A DNA stretch of 64,000 nt from Eledone cirrhosa (GCA_964016885.1 OZ024756.1:16430001-16494000), one strand, 5' to 3'; positions 13,404 to 26,407 are shown, counted from the stretch's first letter. Notes: generated by a model from the letters alone, not told the origin. Numbers and translations: made by a program.

Positions 13404-13641
13404 ATGTATATATATATATATATATATATAGCCATACATATACATGTGGAGGCAAACACATATACATACATACACAGGCACGCACACACACACACATAAA
13501 GAAATATAAACATACATACATACATACACACATATATATATATATTTATTTAATATTTACTCCAGTAAACTGTTGAGTGCTCTAAATCAGTTATAAACAT
13601 TTATGTTTGTCGGACTTCCAACAAATTAAATACCACTTCTA

Positions 13642-13697
<56 letters not shown>

Positions 13698-13883
13698 ATA
13701 TATATATACATATACATACATACACACACACATACACACACACACACACATACACACACATACATAGACAAGCATACGCACTGAATTTCTCTCTCTCTCT
13801 TACTCTCTCTCTCTCTCTTTTATTTCACAATCTTCAATGAATTAAACCATTTGGATTGCAACAACTATAACCACCACCACCAT

Positions 13884-13931
<48 letters not shown>

Positions 13932-14039
13932 AACAGCTACTGCACCACTATCTAATCTACCCACTCATAACACCCACCACACCATCCCACTCACAACATC
14001 TCACTTACAACACCACACCCATAACAAAACACCCCACCC

Positions 14040-15790
14040 ACTACACCACACCACAACACCCCACACCACAACATCCCACTCACTACACCACAGCACACCA
14101 CAACATCCCGCTCACAACACCACACCAAACCACAACATCCCACTCACAACACCACACCCACACCACAACATCCCACTCACAACACCACACCACACCACAA
14201 CATCCCACTCACAACACCACACCAAACCACAACATCCCACTCACAACACCACATCCATACCATAACATCCCACTCACAACACCACACCAAACCACCACAT
14301 CCCACTCACAACACCACACCAAACCACAACATCCCACTCACAACACCACACCCACACCACAACATCCCACTCACAACACCACACCAAACCACAACATCCC
14401 ACTCACAACACCACACCAAACCACAACATCCCACTCACAACACCACACCAAACCACCACATCCCACTCACAACACCACACCACAACATCCCACTCACAAC
14501 ACCACACCCACACCACAACATCCCACTCACAACACCACACCCACACCACAACATCCCACTCACAACACCACACCCACACCACAACATCCCACTCACAACA
14601 CCACACCACACCACAACATCCCACTCACAACACCACACCAAACCACAACATCCCACTCACAACACCACACCAAACCACAACATCCCACTCACAACACCAC
14701 ACCAAACCACAACATCCCACTCACAACACCACACCAAACCACCACATCCCACTCACAACACCACACCACAACATCCCACTCACAACACCACACCAAACCA
14801 CAACATCCCACTCACAACACCACACCCACACCACAACATTCCACTCACAACACCACACCAAACCACAACAACATCCCACTCACAACACCACACCCACACC
14901 ACAACATCCCACTCACAACACCACACCACACCACAACATCCCACTCACAACACCACACCAAACCACAACATCCCACTCACAACACCACACCAAACCACAA
15001 CAACATCCCACTCACAACACCACACCACACCACAACATCCCACTCACAACACCACACCAAACCACAACATCCCACTCACAACACCACACCAAACCACAAC
15101 AACATCCCACTCACAACACCACACCACAACATCCCACTTACAACACCACACCAAACCACAACATCCCACTCACAACACCACACCCACACCACAACATTCC
15201 ACTCACAACACCACACCAAACCACAACAACATCCCACTCACAACACCACACCCACACCACAACATCCCACTCACAACACCACACCACACCACAACATCCC
15301 ACTCACAACACCACACCAAACCACAACATCCCACTCACAACACCACACCAAACCACAACAACATCCCACTCACAACACCACACCACACCACCACATCCCA
15401 CTTACAACATCACACCAAACCACAACATCCCACTCACAACACCACACCACACCATAACATCCCACTCACAACACCACACCAAACCACAACATCCCACTCA
15501 CAACACCACACCACACCATAACATCCCACTCACAACACCACACCAAACCACAACAACATCCCACTCACAACACCACACCAAACCACAACATCCCACTCAC
15601 AACACCACACCAAACCACAACATCCCACTCACAACACCACACCAAACCACAACATCCCACTCACAACACCACACCAAACCACAACATCCCACTCACAACA
15701 CCACACCAAACCACAACATCCCACTCACAACACCACACCAAACCACAACATCCCACCCATACCACAACATCCCACTCACAACACCACATC
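14040..15790. repeat. ~32-bp CA-rich minisatellite (ACAACATCCCACTCACAACACCACACCAAACC)
   Basis: Read directly. Confidence 0.93.
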
Positions 15791-15913
15791 CACAACAAAA
15801 CACTCACACCCCACCCCAGCCACAACACACCACCCACGACACCACACGCCACCCCAGCCACAACACCCCACTCCACCCCACTCTACAATAGAACCCACAA
15901 ACCCCACAACACA

Positions 15914-16063
15914 AGGGCATCCAGCTGTAGAAATCCTAGCCAAAATATAGTTCCGTCTCAGCAAGATACAGTCTGTTGGCCAGACTTGTCTTATGAGGTG
16001 GACAACCTGTCTAACCCATGCAAGCTTGGAAAAATAGATGTTAAACAGTGATGATAATGATGA
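15914..16063 (+). mobile_element. RTE-type 3' tail
   Basis: aagggcatccagctgtagaaa...acccatgcaagcttggaaaa...gttaaac(gat)n. Confidence 0.7.
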
Positions 16064-16252
16064 TATATATAAATGTAAAACTGTTTATACCTTAACCTTT
16101 ATTACGCTGAATTTCTTTAATGAATTGCTTCCCTTGACACTATTATGTATTAAGGGGAGATCACTCTATCAGCGACTTATGTCGCCGACAGCTCCAAGAA
16201 GGTTAATATAGTATATAACAGCTCCAAATTCCGAATTTTTTGTGTTGATTGA

Positions 16253-16682
16253 CCCTTTCGCATTTAAACTGGTCGTATCCGGTCAGAATTCTCTCACCTC
16301 TTCCTGTTCAAACCAGCCATAACTAACATTAAGGTATTGTTCCCCAAATAAATAACATCAAAATCTCGTAGCTTCGATATTATGTGAGATAATTATTTAA
16401 GATAAAGCCTTTACCACAAAAATAAAATAGTAAATAAAGAGTAATTGTTTCTACTTTTGGCACAAGGCCACCAATTACCAGTACATTACTGGTACTTTAT
16501 TTTATCGACCCCGTAAGGATGAAAGGCAAAGTTAACCTCGGCGGGATTTGAACTCAGAATGGCAAGGGCCGTAACTCTATGCGTCAAAGCATGGCGTCCG
16601 ACCCGCTACCAATATTGCCAATTCACCGCCCCTAAATAAATAAATAAATAAGTAAATAAAGAGTAATGCAAATGCTAAAGGG
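16253..16682. mobile_element. piggyBac-like (TTAA) MITE interrupted by a SINE
   Basis: TIRs ccctttcgcattt / aaatgctaaaggg; flanked by ttga and ttaa. Confidence 0.6.
16446..16632 (-). mobile_element. SINE family B with 17-bp TSD
   Basis: Reverse complement of 4508-4703; agtaaataaagagtaat at 16429-16445 and 16651-16667. Confidence 0.85.
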
Positions 16683-17089
16683 TTAAACTGTGACTAGTAC
16701 TTTGCTGATATTTGCAGTGGTTACAGCGTCCAGTCCTATTTGTATCTGCCATGACAGTTGAAATATTTTTTCCCACGATGTAGTGTTAACTAACTCTCAG
16801 ATCCCGACAGATATAAAGGTATTTTATACAGTGTAGGACATATCTAAAGACAGTTCTGTTGACTATTAGTATGTGTCTCCCATACCTTTATCAAATCAGT
16901 AGTTGGTAATCAGTAATAATTGATTAATTTGATTGATTTTTGCTCCGGTTTCTGAACTATGAAACAGCGCCGTAAGGAACATAATGGCTTTTCCAAATGA
17001 AGTATGTACTTTTTCCTGAATATTATGTGCTTTATATATATGTACAAACAATATATACATATATCGTTTAATTTGACTTATATATATAT

Positions 17090-17196
17090 ACTAGACCACC
17101 TGTGACCCATCGGGTCACATTCACTTAAAAATATTTTTAAAAAATCATGTTCACTTAAAAATAATTTTAAAATAATTAAAATATATATATATACAC

Positions 17197-17238
<42 letters not shown>

Positions 17239-17522
17239 TTCATTCAACAACACCACCAGCTCTCTCTCTCTTCCATTTTCCTTCTCTGTTTCCTCTCTCT
17301 ATGTCTCTCTTTCAATTTACTCTCTCACAACCACTATCTCTCTCTCTCTCTCTCTCTCTCTCTATTTATGATGATACCTGGATAAACCGTGTATCTCAGG
17401 AACCTATTGCTCCGATTTACGCAAAACTTGTTTTATTCCATTTGTATTCCCATTTCAGGGGCAACTTCCTTTCAAAGTATTTTCCCATTATGCACCGTTT
17501 AGGCGCATAATGGGAAAATACT
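17090..17522 (+). mobile_element. Putative non-autonomous Helitron/Helentron-like fragment
   Basis: Starts actagacc after (TA)n with subterminal hairpin tgtgaccc/gggtcaca; internal microsatellites; 18-bp hairpin at 17476-17522. Confidence 0.35.
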
Positions 17523-17745
17523 GTCCACGCTGTAAAGTGGTCATGTAGGAGACACAGTAAAAAGGCTCTCAGTCCACACTGTAAATGTGGTTGGTATTAG
17601 GAAGGGCATCCAGCCAGAGAACCAACCAGATACAGTCCTATACGAACGAGACACAGTTACATGATCAATCTTGCCTCAAGTGGGACAATTCCTGTCTAAC
17701 ACATGCTAGTGTGGAAGATAGGTGTTAAACGATGATAATGATGAT
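17523..17745 (+). mobile_element. RTE 3'UTR/tail
   Basis: Homologous to 8846-9053. Confidence 0.75.
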
Positions 17746-17979
17746 GTGTGTGTGTGTGTATGGGTCCAGAATATTTTCTACTTTACAGCCTCCTTCAATG
17801 TGTAACATATTTCAGAAGTATGAAGCCTTATTTGCCAATCAAATGAATAGTTTTGTATAGTCAAGAGGTCAATGTTCAAGAATTTTAAAGTTTAAATGAT
17901 GATGATGATGAAAATATATATATATATATCTTTATTTTTTTTTCATTTTATGTCCGCTTTTTCCTGCTTGCAAGGGTTG

Positions 17980-18012
<33 letters not shown>

Positions 18013-18014
<2 letters not shown>

Positions 18015-18190
18015 TTATTATTATGTAATAAACAACATAAGGCAATTATTCCATTTACCAGTGGTTTCTTAAAAGCAAAAGGTTTTGCTTTCAATCCTCA
18101 GAACGGGAAAAAGCTTGAAAGCAAAACCTTTTGCAAACCACTGGTAAATGGAATAATTGCCTTATGTTGTTTATTACATAATAATAATAA
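18013..18190. repeat. Inverted repeat island with hammerhead
   Basis: Arms 18013-18094 and 18115-18190; the right arm has a small deletion. Confidence 0.85.
18051..18106 (-). ncRNA. Type I hammerhead ribozyme motif
   Basis: ccgtt-CTGAGGA-ttgaaagcaaaa cc ttttgcttttaa-GAAAC-cactg-GTA-aatgg. Confidence 0.85.
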
Positions 18191-18252
18191 AGCTCTGTTG
18201 CATACATAGAGCACTCTTTTTTCCTGGACTTTTCCGATGGAATTACTTCATT

Positions 18253-18295
<43 letters not shown>

Positions 18296-18297
<2 letters not shown>

Positions 18298-18965
18298 TAG
18301 CCGAATTACCCGTGCCTTGCTGCATTTCACACATTTTTTTTGTAAGAAAATGATGATTGATTTTAAATCAGTGATATAATTTATGGAGAAAAACTCTGCA
18401 TTTCAATATTATTCAATGTAAAATGTAATGCATGAAAAATTGGAAAACATTATTTTTTGTAATATATCGAATCAAAATTACATTATTAAATCTTATTCTT
18501 ATTTTGTTTCTGGTAAATAATTTTTTTCAAAATATCATTTCAAAACTTTTATGAATAGGCATCATATCTTGTCATTTACCTATGGTTTAAATTTCATATA
18601 AATTTCATATAAATCGAAGGGAAAACATTTTCAGCGGGGGGTTTAAGCCCCCAGGGAACCCTAATAGTGGGTTTAACCGCCATTAGGGGTCTTAATGTTA
18701 TTGAAATTTGCTAAAATTTTGTGAATAGCATCATATCTTGTCATTTGCCTATGGTTTAAATTTCATATAAATCGAAGGGAAACAAATTTTCAGTGGGGGT
18801 TTTCAGCGGGGGTTTGTACCCCCGAGGAACCCTTTCATTAAAATATACTTATCCAAGTACCCAGGGCAATGTAGTTTCAGAATATATATGGTTAGGGGTG
18901 TCTATCTCCAAAACCATAGGAGGAGTTCGTGAACAAACAAACAATCAGACAGGAACTACAAATAT
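18296..18965 (+). mobile_element. Putative non-autonomous Helitron/Helentron-like (HINE-type) element in (TA)n
   Basis: 5' actagccgaattacccgtgccttgc; internal duplicated block near 18552 and 18722; 3' ggaggagttcgtgaacaaacaaac. Confidence 0.45.
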
Positions 18966-19404
18966 ATACACACACATATATATATGTATATATATATATA
19001 TATATATATACAATATATTTATAAATGGAAACTATATTTATAAAACCATAATTATTTTATTATGTATATTTCAAGGTCAACAAAGGCAAATTTTGCCTTG
19101 GTTGCCCTTGAAATATATATATTATGTCAGGTCACCAGTTGGTGCTACTGGTAACATGTATCCCATTACAACCTGTCTCATGGTCGGGTCGTTGGCGACT
19201 AAACTGGCAACCCCACCAAGGTTTCTTGGTGAGGAGGGTGACTTTGGACATCCTGCAGGACTTTTCAAGTCGCTGGCTGGACTAAAAAGTCACACTTGTT
19301 TAGCGCATCGGTAGGGGTTCTCCTACATGGATATAAAGTAGTGGCCATACTCGAAAACGAGTTGGCAGCCACCATATATATATATGAATGTATATATATA
19401 TATA

Positions 19405-20718
19405 TAGTTATACTTGGGGAGGGTCATATTTGTGTAATATTGCCAGAATTAATAACAGAACACACTCACTGTTTGGTTGGTTTTCGCTTTTCGCTTCTGT
19501 TCTTTTATATCGGTAATCTAATTTATTCGGTCCTCAATGTTGCCATTGACTGACCAACGGTCAAAAACACAGATACAATATAGACACAAACACATATATA
19601 TAGTTTATCAAAGTTCTTTCGTTGCACATCTGCAACATCGTCAGTGGTGCTATTGTTTCCTCCCGTTGCATTGTATTTTCTACGCCATCTTTATTTAGTC
19701 TGTTTATATATTTATTTATTTGTTTATTTTATTTTGTCTTCTTTGCGCATGCGTTTGCGTGTGTGTATAGTGTTTTTTTTTATGTGTGTTCGTGATTGGG
19801 TGACTGTGTATTGGTTAATGTATTCTATCTTTACCAGTGTGTGTTTATATGTGTTTGTTGTTATTGTGCTTGTGTATGTATTTATTTATTTATTTATCTA
19901 TTTACTTATTTATCTATTTATTTATTTATTTATCTATTTATTTATTTATTTATCTATTTATTTATTTATACTTATCTTAGGTCAGTGTTGTTTGTTTGGG
20001 TGTTGTTGTTATTCCATTCATTTTTTCTGTTTAGCCTTGGCCTTCTAAGTTCTATTTCACTGGCCTCTCTGATTTGCCTATCTGCTGGGTCATTTCTATG
20101 TTTAGATATTATTCTAATTTCTATGTTGTCTATGTTACCGTCGTGTTGTTGTCTGGCATGTTCGTATAGTACTGAACCGTACCAAGTCTGCGATCAGAAT
20201 ATTAAACTTAGCACTACTGGACATTGCTGAGTTTTTGAGTATCAGGTATTTGGAGGCCATGGGCTTAGCATAGTGTGAGTGGAGAATTTGGGCTCTCTCG
20301 TCTATAGTGTTAATCCAGAGTTCCGTGTCTAATACAGGTAGTCTATTGTTAGGGTGTTTGGAAGGGTAGTTGATAGTTACAGTTATACTCTGGTGTATGG
20401 AATTAGCTATCTGCTGGATGCTTTCCATTGTGCTACGTTCTAAATCAAACTTGTTAGTGCTCTCTTGTGGGGATGTTCTTATAACTATATTGATATCGTC
20501 TACGTAACGCACATCCAATAGGGGCTAGTATCAAAACTACCCTAAAGGGCCACATATTCAAGTTCAACGAAAAAGATCTACACCCAAAATGAGCGCAGCC
20601 ATTGGCGTCAGCATAGCTGCTGACGTTGCCAACCTTTTTATGGTATGGTGGGAAAGGAGACTTAAAGATCTCCTTAATGAGAGCTCCATAGACCTCATCA
20701 TGTACTCTCGTTACGTAA
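19405..20718 (-). mobile_element. Penelope-like element, internally deleted, with inverted 5' RT segment
   Basis: Minus strand RYVDDINI..LPVLDTEL..YAKPMAS joined to the GIY-YIG tail SVLYEHARQQH..RQIREA..PRLNRKNEW; plus strand 20520-20718 AAIGVSIAADVANLFM..YSRYV. Confidence 0.88.
19607..19648 (-). ncRNA. Minimal hammerhead in PLE pLTR
   Basis: acca-CTGACGA-t-gttgca gatg tgcaac-GAAA-gaac-TT-tgat. Confidence 0.65.
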
Positions 20719-20739
20719 ATGTATATATATATATACATT

Positions 20740-20772
<33 letters not shown>

Positions 20773-20787
20773 GAATGTATATATATA

Positions 20788-20841
<54 letters not shown>

Positions 20842-20861
20842 TCATATATATATATGTGTGT

Positions 20862-22091
20862 GTCATCATCATCATCATCAACATCATCGTTTAACGTCCA
20901 TATTCCACGCTTGCATGGGTTTGGAACAGGAGTTTTCCCACTTGAGGCAAGAGTGGTTGTTTTGCTCGCATAGGACTGTCTGGCGGGTTTTCTACGGCTG
21001 GATGCCCTTCCTAACACCAACCACGTTTACAGTGTGGAACTGGGAGGTTTTTACCGTGTTACCTACACGGCCAAATTACAGCGTGGACTGTGTGTTTTTT
21101 TGTCGTGACACCCTACACGACCTCATTTGTTTCGGCCTGGATGTTGTGGTACCAACATAACTTTACATTGCAAGGGGTGGTGTGGATGGATGGGGTGGGG
21201 GTAGTGGGACGGGGGTGTATTTTGTTAGAGGTGCCTACTGACTGTAGTAGGTTTTACTTTGTATTTAGGTAAGGCGGGGTCTTCTCTATTACTGTGTAGC
21301 GCCAAAGATCTCGGTCCAGTGACATTGTCTTGGAGAGGTGTAAGTGTGTGAGGTCGGAATTTGTCAAGACGTCCCAGGTTTTTCTGGGTCTGCCTACTCC
21401 GTGGCTACCGTCTATCTTTATTGCCCTGCACTTTGTTATACAGCTGTCGTCTTTCATGCGCATCACGTTGTCCATACCAACGTAGCCTTCTCTCGAGTAA
21501 ACAACATCTGATCCGTCTTATTTCTAATTTTTCCCTTAGTTCATTTATGCTTTGCTGTTCACGTATATTACTATTACACATCCAGCGGAGCATGCAAGCT
21601 TTGTTCCTCTCTAGTCTGCGTATATCCTCTGCACACAATGCCCAGGTCTCACTGCCATGCAACATTGCTGTTCGTATGCAGGCATGATACAGGCTGCCTT
21701 TCATTTTTAGGGAGAACCCCTTTAGCGGCTAATAGTGGTATAAGCTCTCTGAACTTTTTCCATCCAGTTCTGACTCTAGCTACTGTACTTTCAGAGCACC
21801 CTCCCCCCACTGCTGATTTGTCACCCAGGTAACGGAAGGTGTCCACAATTTCTATAGAACCATCTGTGCAATGGAAACGAGGTAGTATTCTGTGGGCACT
21901 TGCTGCTACTTATTGCACCAGGAGCACCGGCCACATATAAAATCTATGTTCTTAGTTAGCTTACCTGTGATCCCACTACATCTTTTATGCACCCATACTT
22001 TGCATTTGGGACATAAAATGGAGTTTCTACCTTCTCCTTTCCTATACACTGAGCATGGCCATTTCCCGGATGGGACCGGCGCCCTATTTTC

Positions 22092-22094
<3 letters not shown>
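20862..22094 (-). mobile_element. 5'-truncated, frameshifted RTE LINE (same family as 7641-9053)
   Basis: FRYLGD, AMLHGSETW, RRLRWYG, GRPRKTW; same 3'UTR and (GAT)n tail. Confidence 0.9.
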
Positions 22095-22178
<84 letters not shown>

Positions 22179-22277
22179 ATATATACATTCATATATATAT
22201 ATGTGTATATATATATACATATATATGTATATATATATATATATATATATGTGTATATAGATATGTATATATATATG

Positions 22278-22316
<39 letters not shown>

Positions 22317-22382
22317 CTATCTATATATATATATATATATATGTGTATATATTATATATTATATTATATATTATATATATGT

Positions 22383-22550
22383 ATCATCATCATGATCGTT
22401 TAACGTTCCATCTTCCATGCTTGCATGGGTTTAGATGGGAGTTTTCCCACTTGAGGCAAGATTGGTTGTCCTGCTCGTATAGGACTGTCTGGCGGGTTTT
22501 CTATGGCTGGATGCCCTTCCTAACACCAACCACGTTTACAGTGTGGACTG
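22383..22550 (-). mobile_element. RTE tail fragment
   Basis: Homologous to 20862-21040. Confidence 0.8.
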
Positions 22551-22612
22551 TGTATGTATATATGTATATATATATATATGTATATATATACATATATATG
22601 TATATATATATG

Positions 22613-22647
<35 letters not shown>

Positions 22648-23278
22648 GTATATATATACATATATATGTATATATATATGTATATATATATATGTATATA
22701 TATGTATATATATGTATATATATATATATATTTATATGTATATATATATGTATATATATATTTATATGTATATATATATGTATATATATGTATATATATG
22801 TATATATATGTATGTATTATATATATTTATATGTATATTATATATTTATATGTATATATATATGTATATATATATATATATGTATATATATATGTATATA
22901 TATATGTATATATATATAATGTATATATATATATGTATATATATATATATGTATATATATATGTATATATATATATACGTATATATATATATATATATAC
23001 ATATATATGTATATATATATGTATATATATATATGTATATATATATATACGTATATGTATATATATACATATATATGTATGTATATATATATATATATAT
23101 GTATATATATGTATATATATACATATATATGTATGTATATATATATATATATGTATATATATGTATATATATATATATGTATATATACATATGTATATAT
23201 GTATATATATATATATGTATATATATGTATATATACATATCTATATATGTATATATATATATGTATATATATATGTAT

Positions 23279-23318
<40 letters not shown>

Positions 23319-23356
23319 ATACATATATGTATATATGTATATATATATATGTATAC

Positions 23357-23404
<48 letters not shown>

Positions 23405-23405
23405 G

Positions 23406-23436
<31 letters not shown>

Positions 23437-23462
23437 GTATATATGTATATATATATGTATAC

Positions 23463-23515
<53 letters not shown>

Positions 23516-23851
23516 CATATATATACATATATATATATATATACATATATATACATATATATATATATACATATATATGTATATATATATACATACATGT
23601 ATATATATACATATATATGTATATATATACATATACGTATATATATATATACATATATATGTGTATATATACATGTATATATATATATATACATATATAT
23701 GTATATATATACATATACGTATATATATATATACATATATATACATATATATATATATATACATATGTATATATATATATATATACATATATGTATATAT
23801 ATACATATATATACATATATATATATACATATGTATATATATATATACATA

Positions 23852-23916
<65 letters not shown>
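22551..23916. repeat. (TA)n/TATG/TACA degenerate microsatellite
   Basis: Read directly. Confidence 0.97.
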
Positions 23917-24191
23917 GCAAACGCAAACAATGTACAAAGCTTATAAAATAGGGGAAAGATCCTTAAAAGATAGAAAAAGAATTTGCCAACAACTGATATA
24001 AGGAATTGAACCCTATATCTTGCAGGTACTGGCTAGATGGTTTAACCTTTAAGCTAAGGAGCCAATGACAAACTTCTTCATTTTAATTATATATAACTGG
24101 ACAACAGGTTGCAGATGTCAGCAGTCAGGGAGACTGTCAGACAGACATCCGTGTGTAAACAAAGGTTAACGCGTCTAGCTGGTATCAGGGA

Positions 24192-24498
24192 TTAAATCGT
24201 AGAAGTGTAATTGACAAATTATTCCGTGCCGGCAAAAGTGTTGCAGAGATTGTTAAAGCCACAAAGTATGCCAAATCTACTGTTCTTAGAGTTGTGGCCA
24301 AGTTGAGGAAAAATCAGAATGTCCAGAAAAAGCCTGACAGTCTCGGCAGTGACCGCCAAATCTACTGTTCTTAGAGTTGTGGCCAAGTTGAGGAAAAATC
24401 AGAATGTCCAGAAAAAGCCTGACAGTCTCGGCAGTGACCGAAAATACACATCTTACTTCTTAGCAGGACTTAAAAGATCGATTGATTCGAACCCATGA
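24192..24498 (+). pseudogene. Tc1/mariner-like transposase N-terminal HTH relic with 85-bp tandem duplication
   Basis: LNRRSVIDKLFRAGKSVAEIVKATKYAKSTVLRVVAKL...LKRSIDSNP*; 24271-24355 duplicated at 24356-24440. Confidence 0.6.
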
Positions 24499-24611
24499 AA
24501 ATTGATACATAGGAACGCCTCATACCAACATAACAGCTTTTTTTTGCTGGCAGTCCCTGAATTGAATTTAAAGTTTTCATATATCTATTTTCTTTTCCCT
24601 ATCTTCCATGA

Positions 24612-25001
24612 AATATTGCCAGAAATAATAACAGCCATTTTTTTTTTTTTTTTTTTTTTTTTTGTTCAGTCAGTCTATATCAGACTGAACAAAAAAATGG
24701 CGTAGACATACAACACAACAGGAGGAACAATGAATATAACACCACTGACGATGTTGCAGATGTGCAACGAAAGATTTATGTAAATTATGTAAACTATATA
24801 TATGTGTTTGTGTCTATATTGTATCTGTATTATTTTTGACCGCCGGTCAGTCAATGGCAACATTGAGGACCGAGTAAGTTAGATCGCAGATATATATATA
24901 TAAAAGACAGCGAGAAGCGAAAACCAACCAAACAGTGAGTGTGTTCTGTTATTAATTCTGGCAATATTACGCAAATATGACCCTCCCCAAATATAACAAT
25001 A
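24612..25001 (+). mobile_element. PLE pLTR fragment with short inverted 5' extension and hammerhead at 24741-24780
   Basis: Near-identical to 41296-41605; CTGACGA-t-gttgca gatg tgcaac-GAAA. Confidence 0.8.
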
Positions 25002-25028
25002 TGTATATATATACGTATATATATATAC

Positions 25029-25059
<31 letters not shown>

Positions 25060-25060
25060 C

Positions 25061-25483
25061 AACTGCAGAGGATATGCGACAGCTGGAGAGAAATGAGGCA
25101 AGCATGCTCCGTTGGATGTGCAGTGTCAATGTGCATGAACGACCAAACATGGATGAGTTGAGAGAGAAACTGTGTCTGAGAGGGATAGAATGTAGTGTAC
25201 GGGAGAGGAGACTGAGGTGGTATGGACATGTGATACGCATGGAGGATGACCGATGGGGGAAGAAGTGCTAGGAAATGCCAGTTGAAGGTAGACGTGGTAG
25301 AGGTAGACCACGAAAAACACGGACAGAGGTTGTGAGAACAGACCTCAGATCGCTGAAGCTCACGGTGGAGATGACGAAGGACCGTGACAAGTGGAAAGAT
25401 GCTGTGCTGAATTACACCCGTCCCACCCTTGCAAGCAGGGAAGAGCGGACGTAAAATGATGATGATGATGATGATGATGATGA
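25061..25483 (+). mobile_element. RTE LINE 3' fragment (second family)
   Basis: LERNEASMLRWMC, RRLRWYGHVIRM, GRPRKT; tail cgtcccacccttgcaagcaggg...(GAT)n. Confidence 0.88.
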
Positions 25484-25552
25484 TATATATATTCATATAT
25501 ATTTATTTAACAACAGAAGGCCAGACTGGAAAATTTGCTTTAGAATTTTAAT

Positions 25553-25629
25553 TCCGCAAAAAAATATACATATTTCAATGACCCAGTCCCATCATCCAAT
25601 TATGATGCAAGGCGATCTCATCAGGCAAC
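25553..25629 (-). ncRNA. Degenerate hammerhead motif
   Basis: gttgc-CTGATGA-gatc...-GAAA-tatgtata then a T-run displacing stem I. Confidence 0.45.
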
Positions 25630-26037
25630 TTTGACAGAATTACATAACGGGGTTAAGTTGAACTGAAACATTTCATGGAAGATAGGGAAAAGAAAATAGA
25701 TATATGAAAACTTCACAGGGCGATGAATTGGCAGTACCAGCATAGTTACGTCCCTTTACGTTCTGAGTTCAAATCCCAAAACAACAAACAGTGGAGGACG
25801 CGTTTCGCACCTGTCCGACAGACAACCTTTACCCCACCCCGGAAAAAACCCCAGTTGATGGATGCGAATCCGAAATATATAGGAACTATTAAATCTCTCC
25901 CAAGGTAACTCTCTCTTGTGTTGTTATTTTAATTTTATCCTTTATACTCTTCCCTTCTTTCATCCCAGGTCATCTTATTGCAAGCAGGTAAGAGCGGACA
26001 TAAAATGATGATGATGATAGAAATATGTGTGTGTGTA

Positions 26038-26070
<33 letters not shown>

Positions 26071-26071
26071 G

Positions 26072-26407
26072 GGCACATGGTTAGAGCATTGGCCTTGCAA
26101 TCGAAAGGTTGTGAGTTCAATTCTCAGAGCGGGTGATGTGTTGTTTCCTTGAGCAAGACACTTTATTTCACATTGCTCCAGTTTACTCAGCTGTAGAAAT
26201 GAGATGATAGGGACTGGGGTCCCTAGCATTCCACTGCAAAGTGGTTGTGTAGGTGCCATGGCAAAAAAGCATCCAGCACTCACTGTAAATGAGGTTGGTG
26301 TTAGGAAGGGCATCCAGCTGTAGAAATCAAGCCAGAATCAGTTCCCGTCCCACCCTTGCAAGCAGGGAAAAAGCGGACGTAAAATGAAATGATGATGATG
26401 ATGATGA
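26072..26407 (+). mobile_element. SINE family A
   Basis: Reverse complement of 808-1135. Confidence 0.85.

Noticed and set aside
16093-16206. Second small TTAA-bounded MITE
   Set aside because: The TIR match is only about 4 bp
23993-24060. tRNA-like A/B boxes on the minus strand
   Set aside because: Too degenerate; probably an old SINE head that cannot be assigned
25786-25885. GAAAC-gc-GTC (minus strand) and a nearby ccGAAA-tata-TA
   Set aside because: Only 3' halves; no matching CUGANGA or stem I
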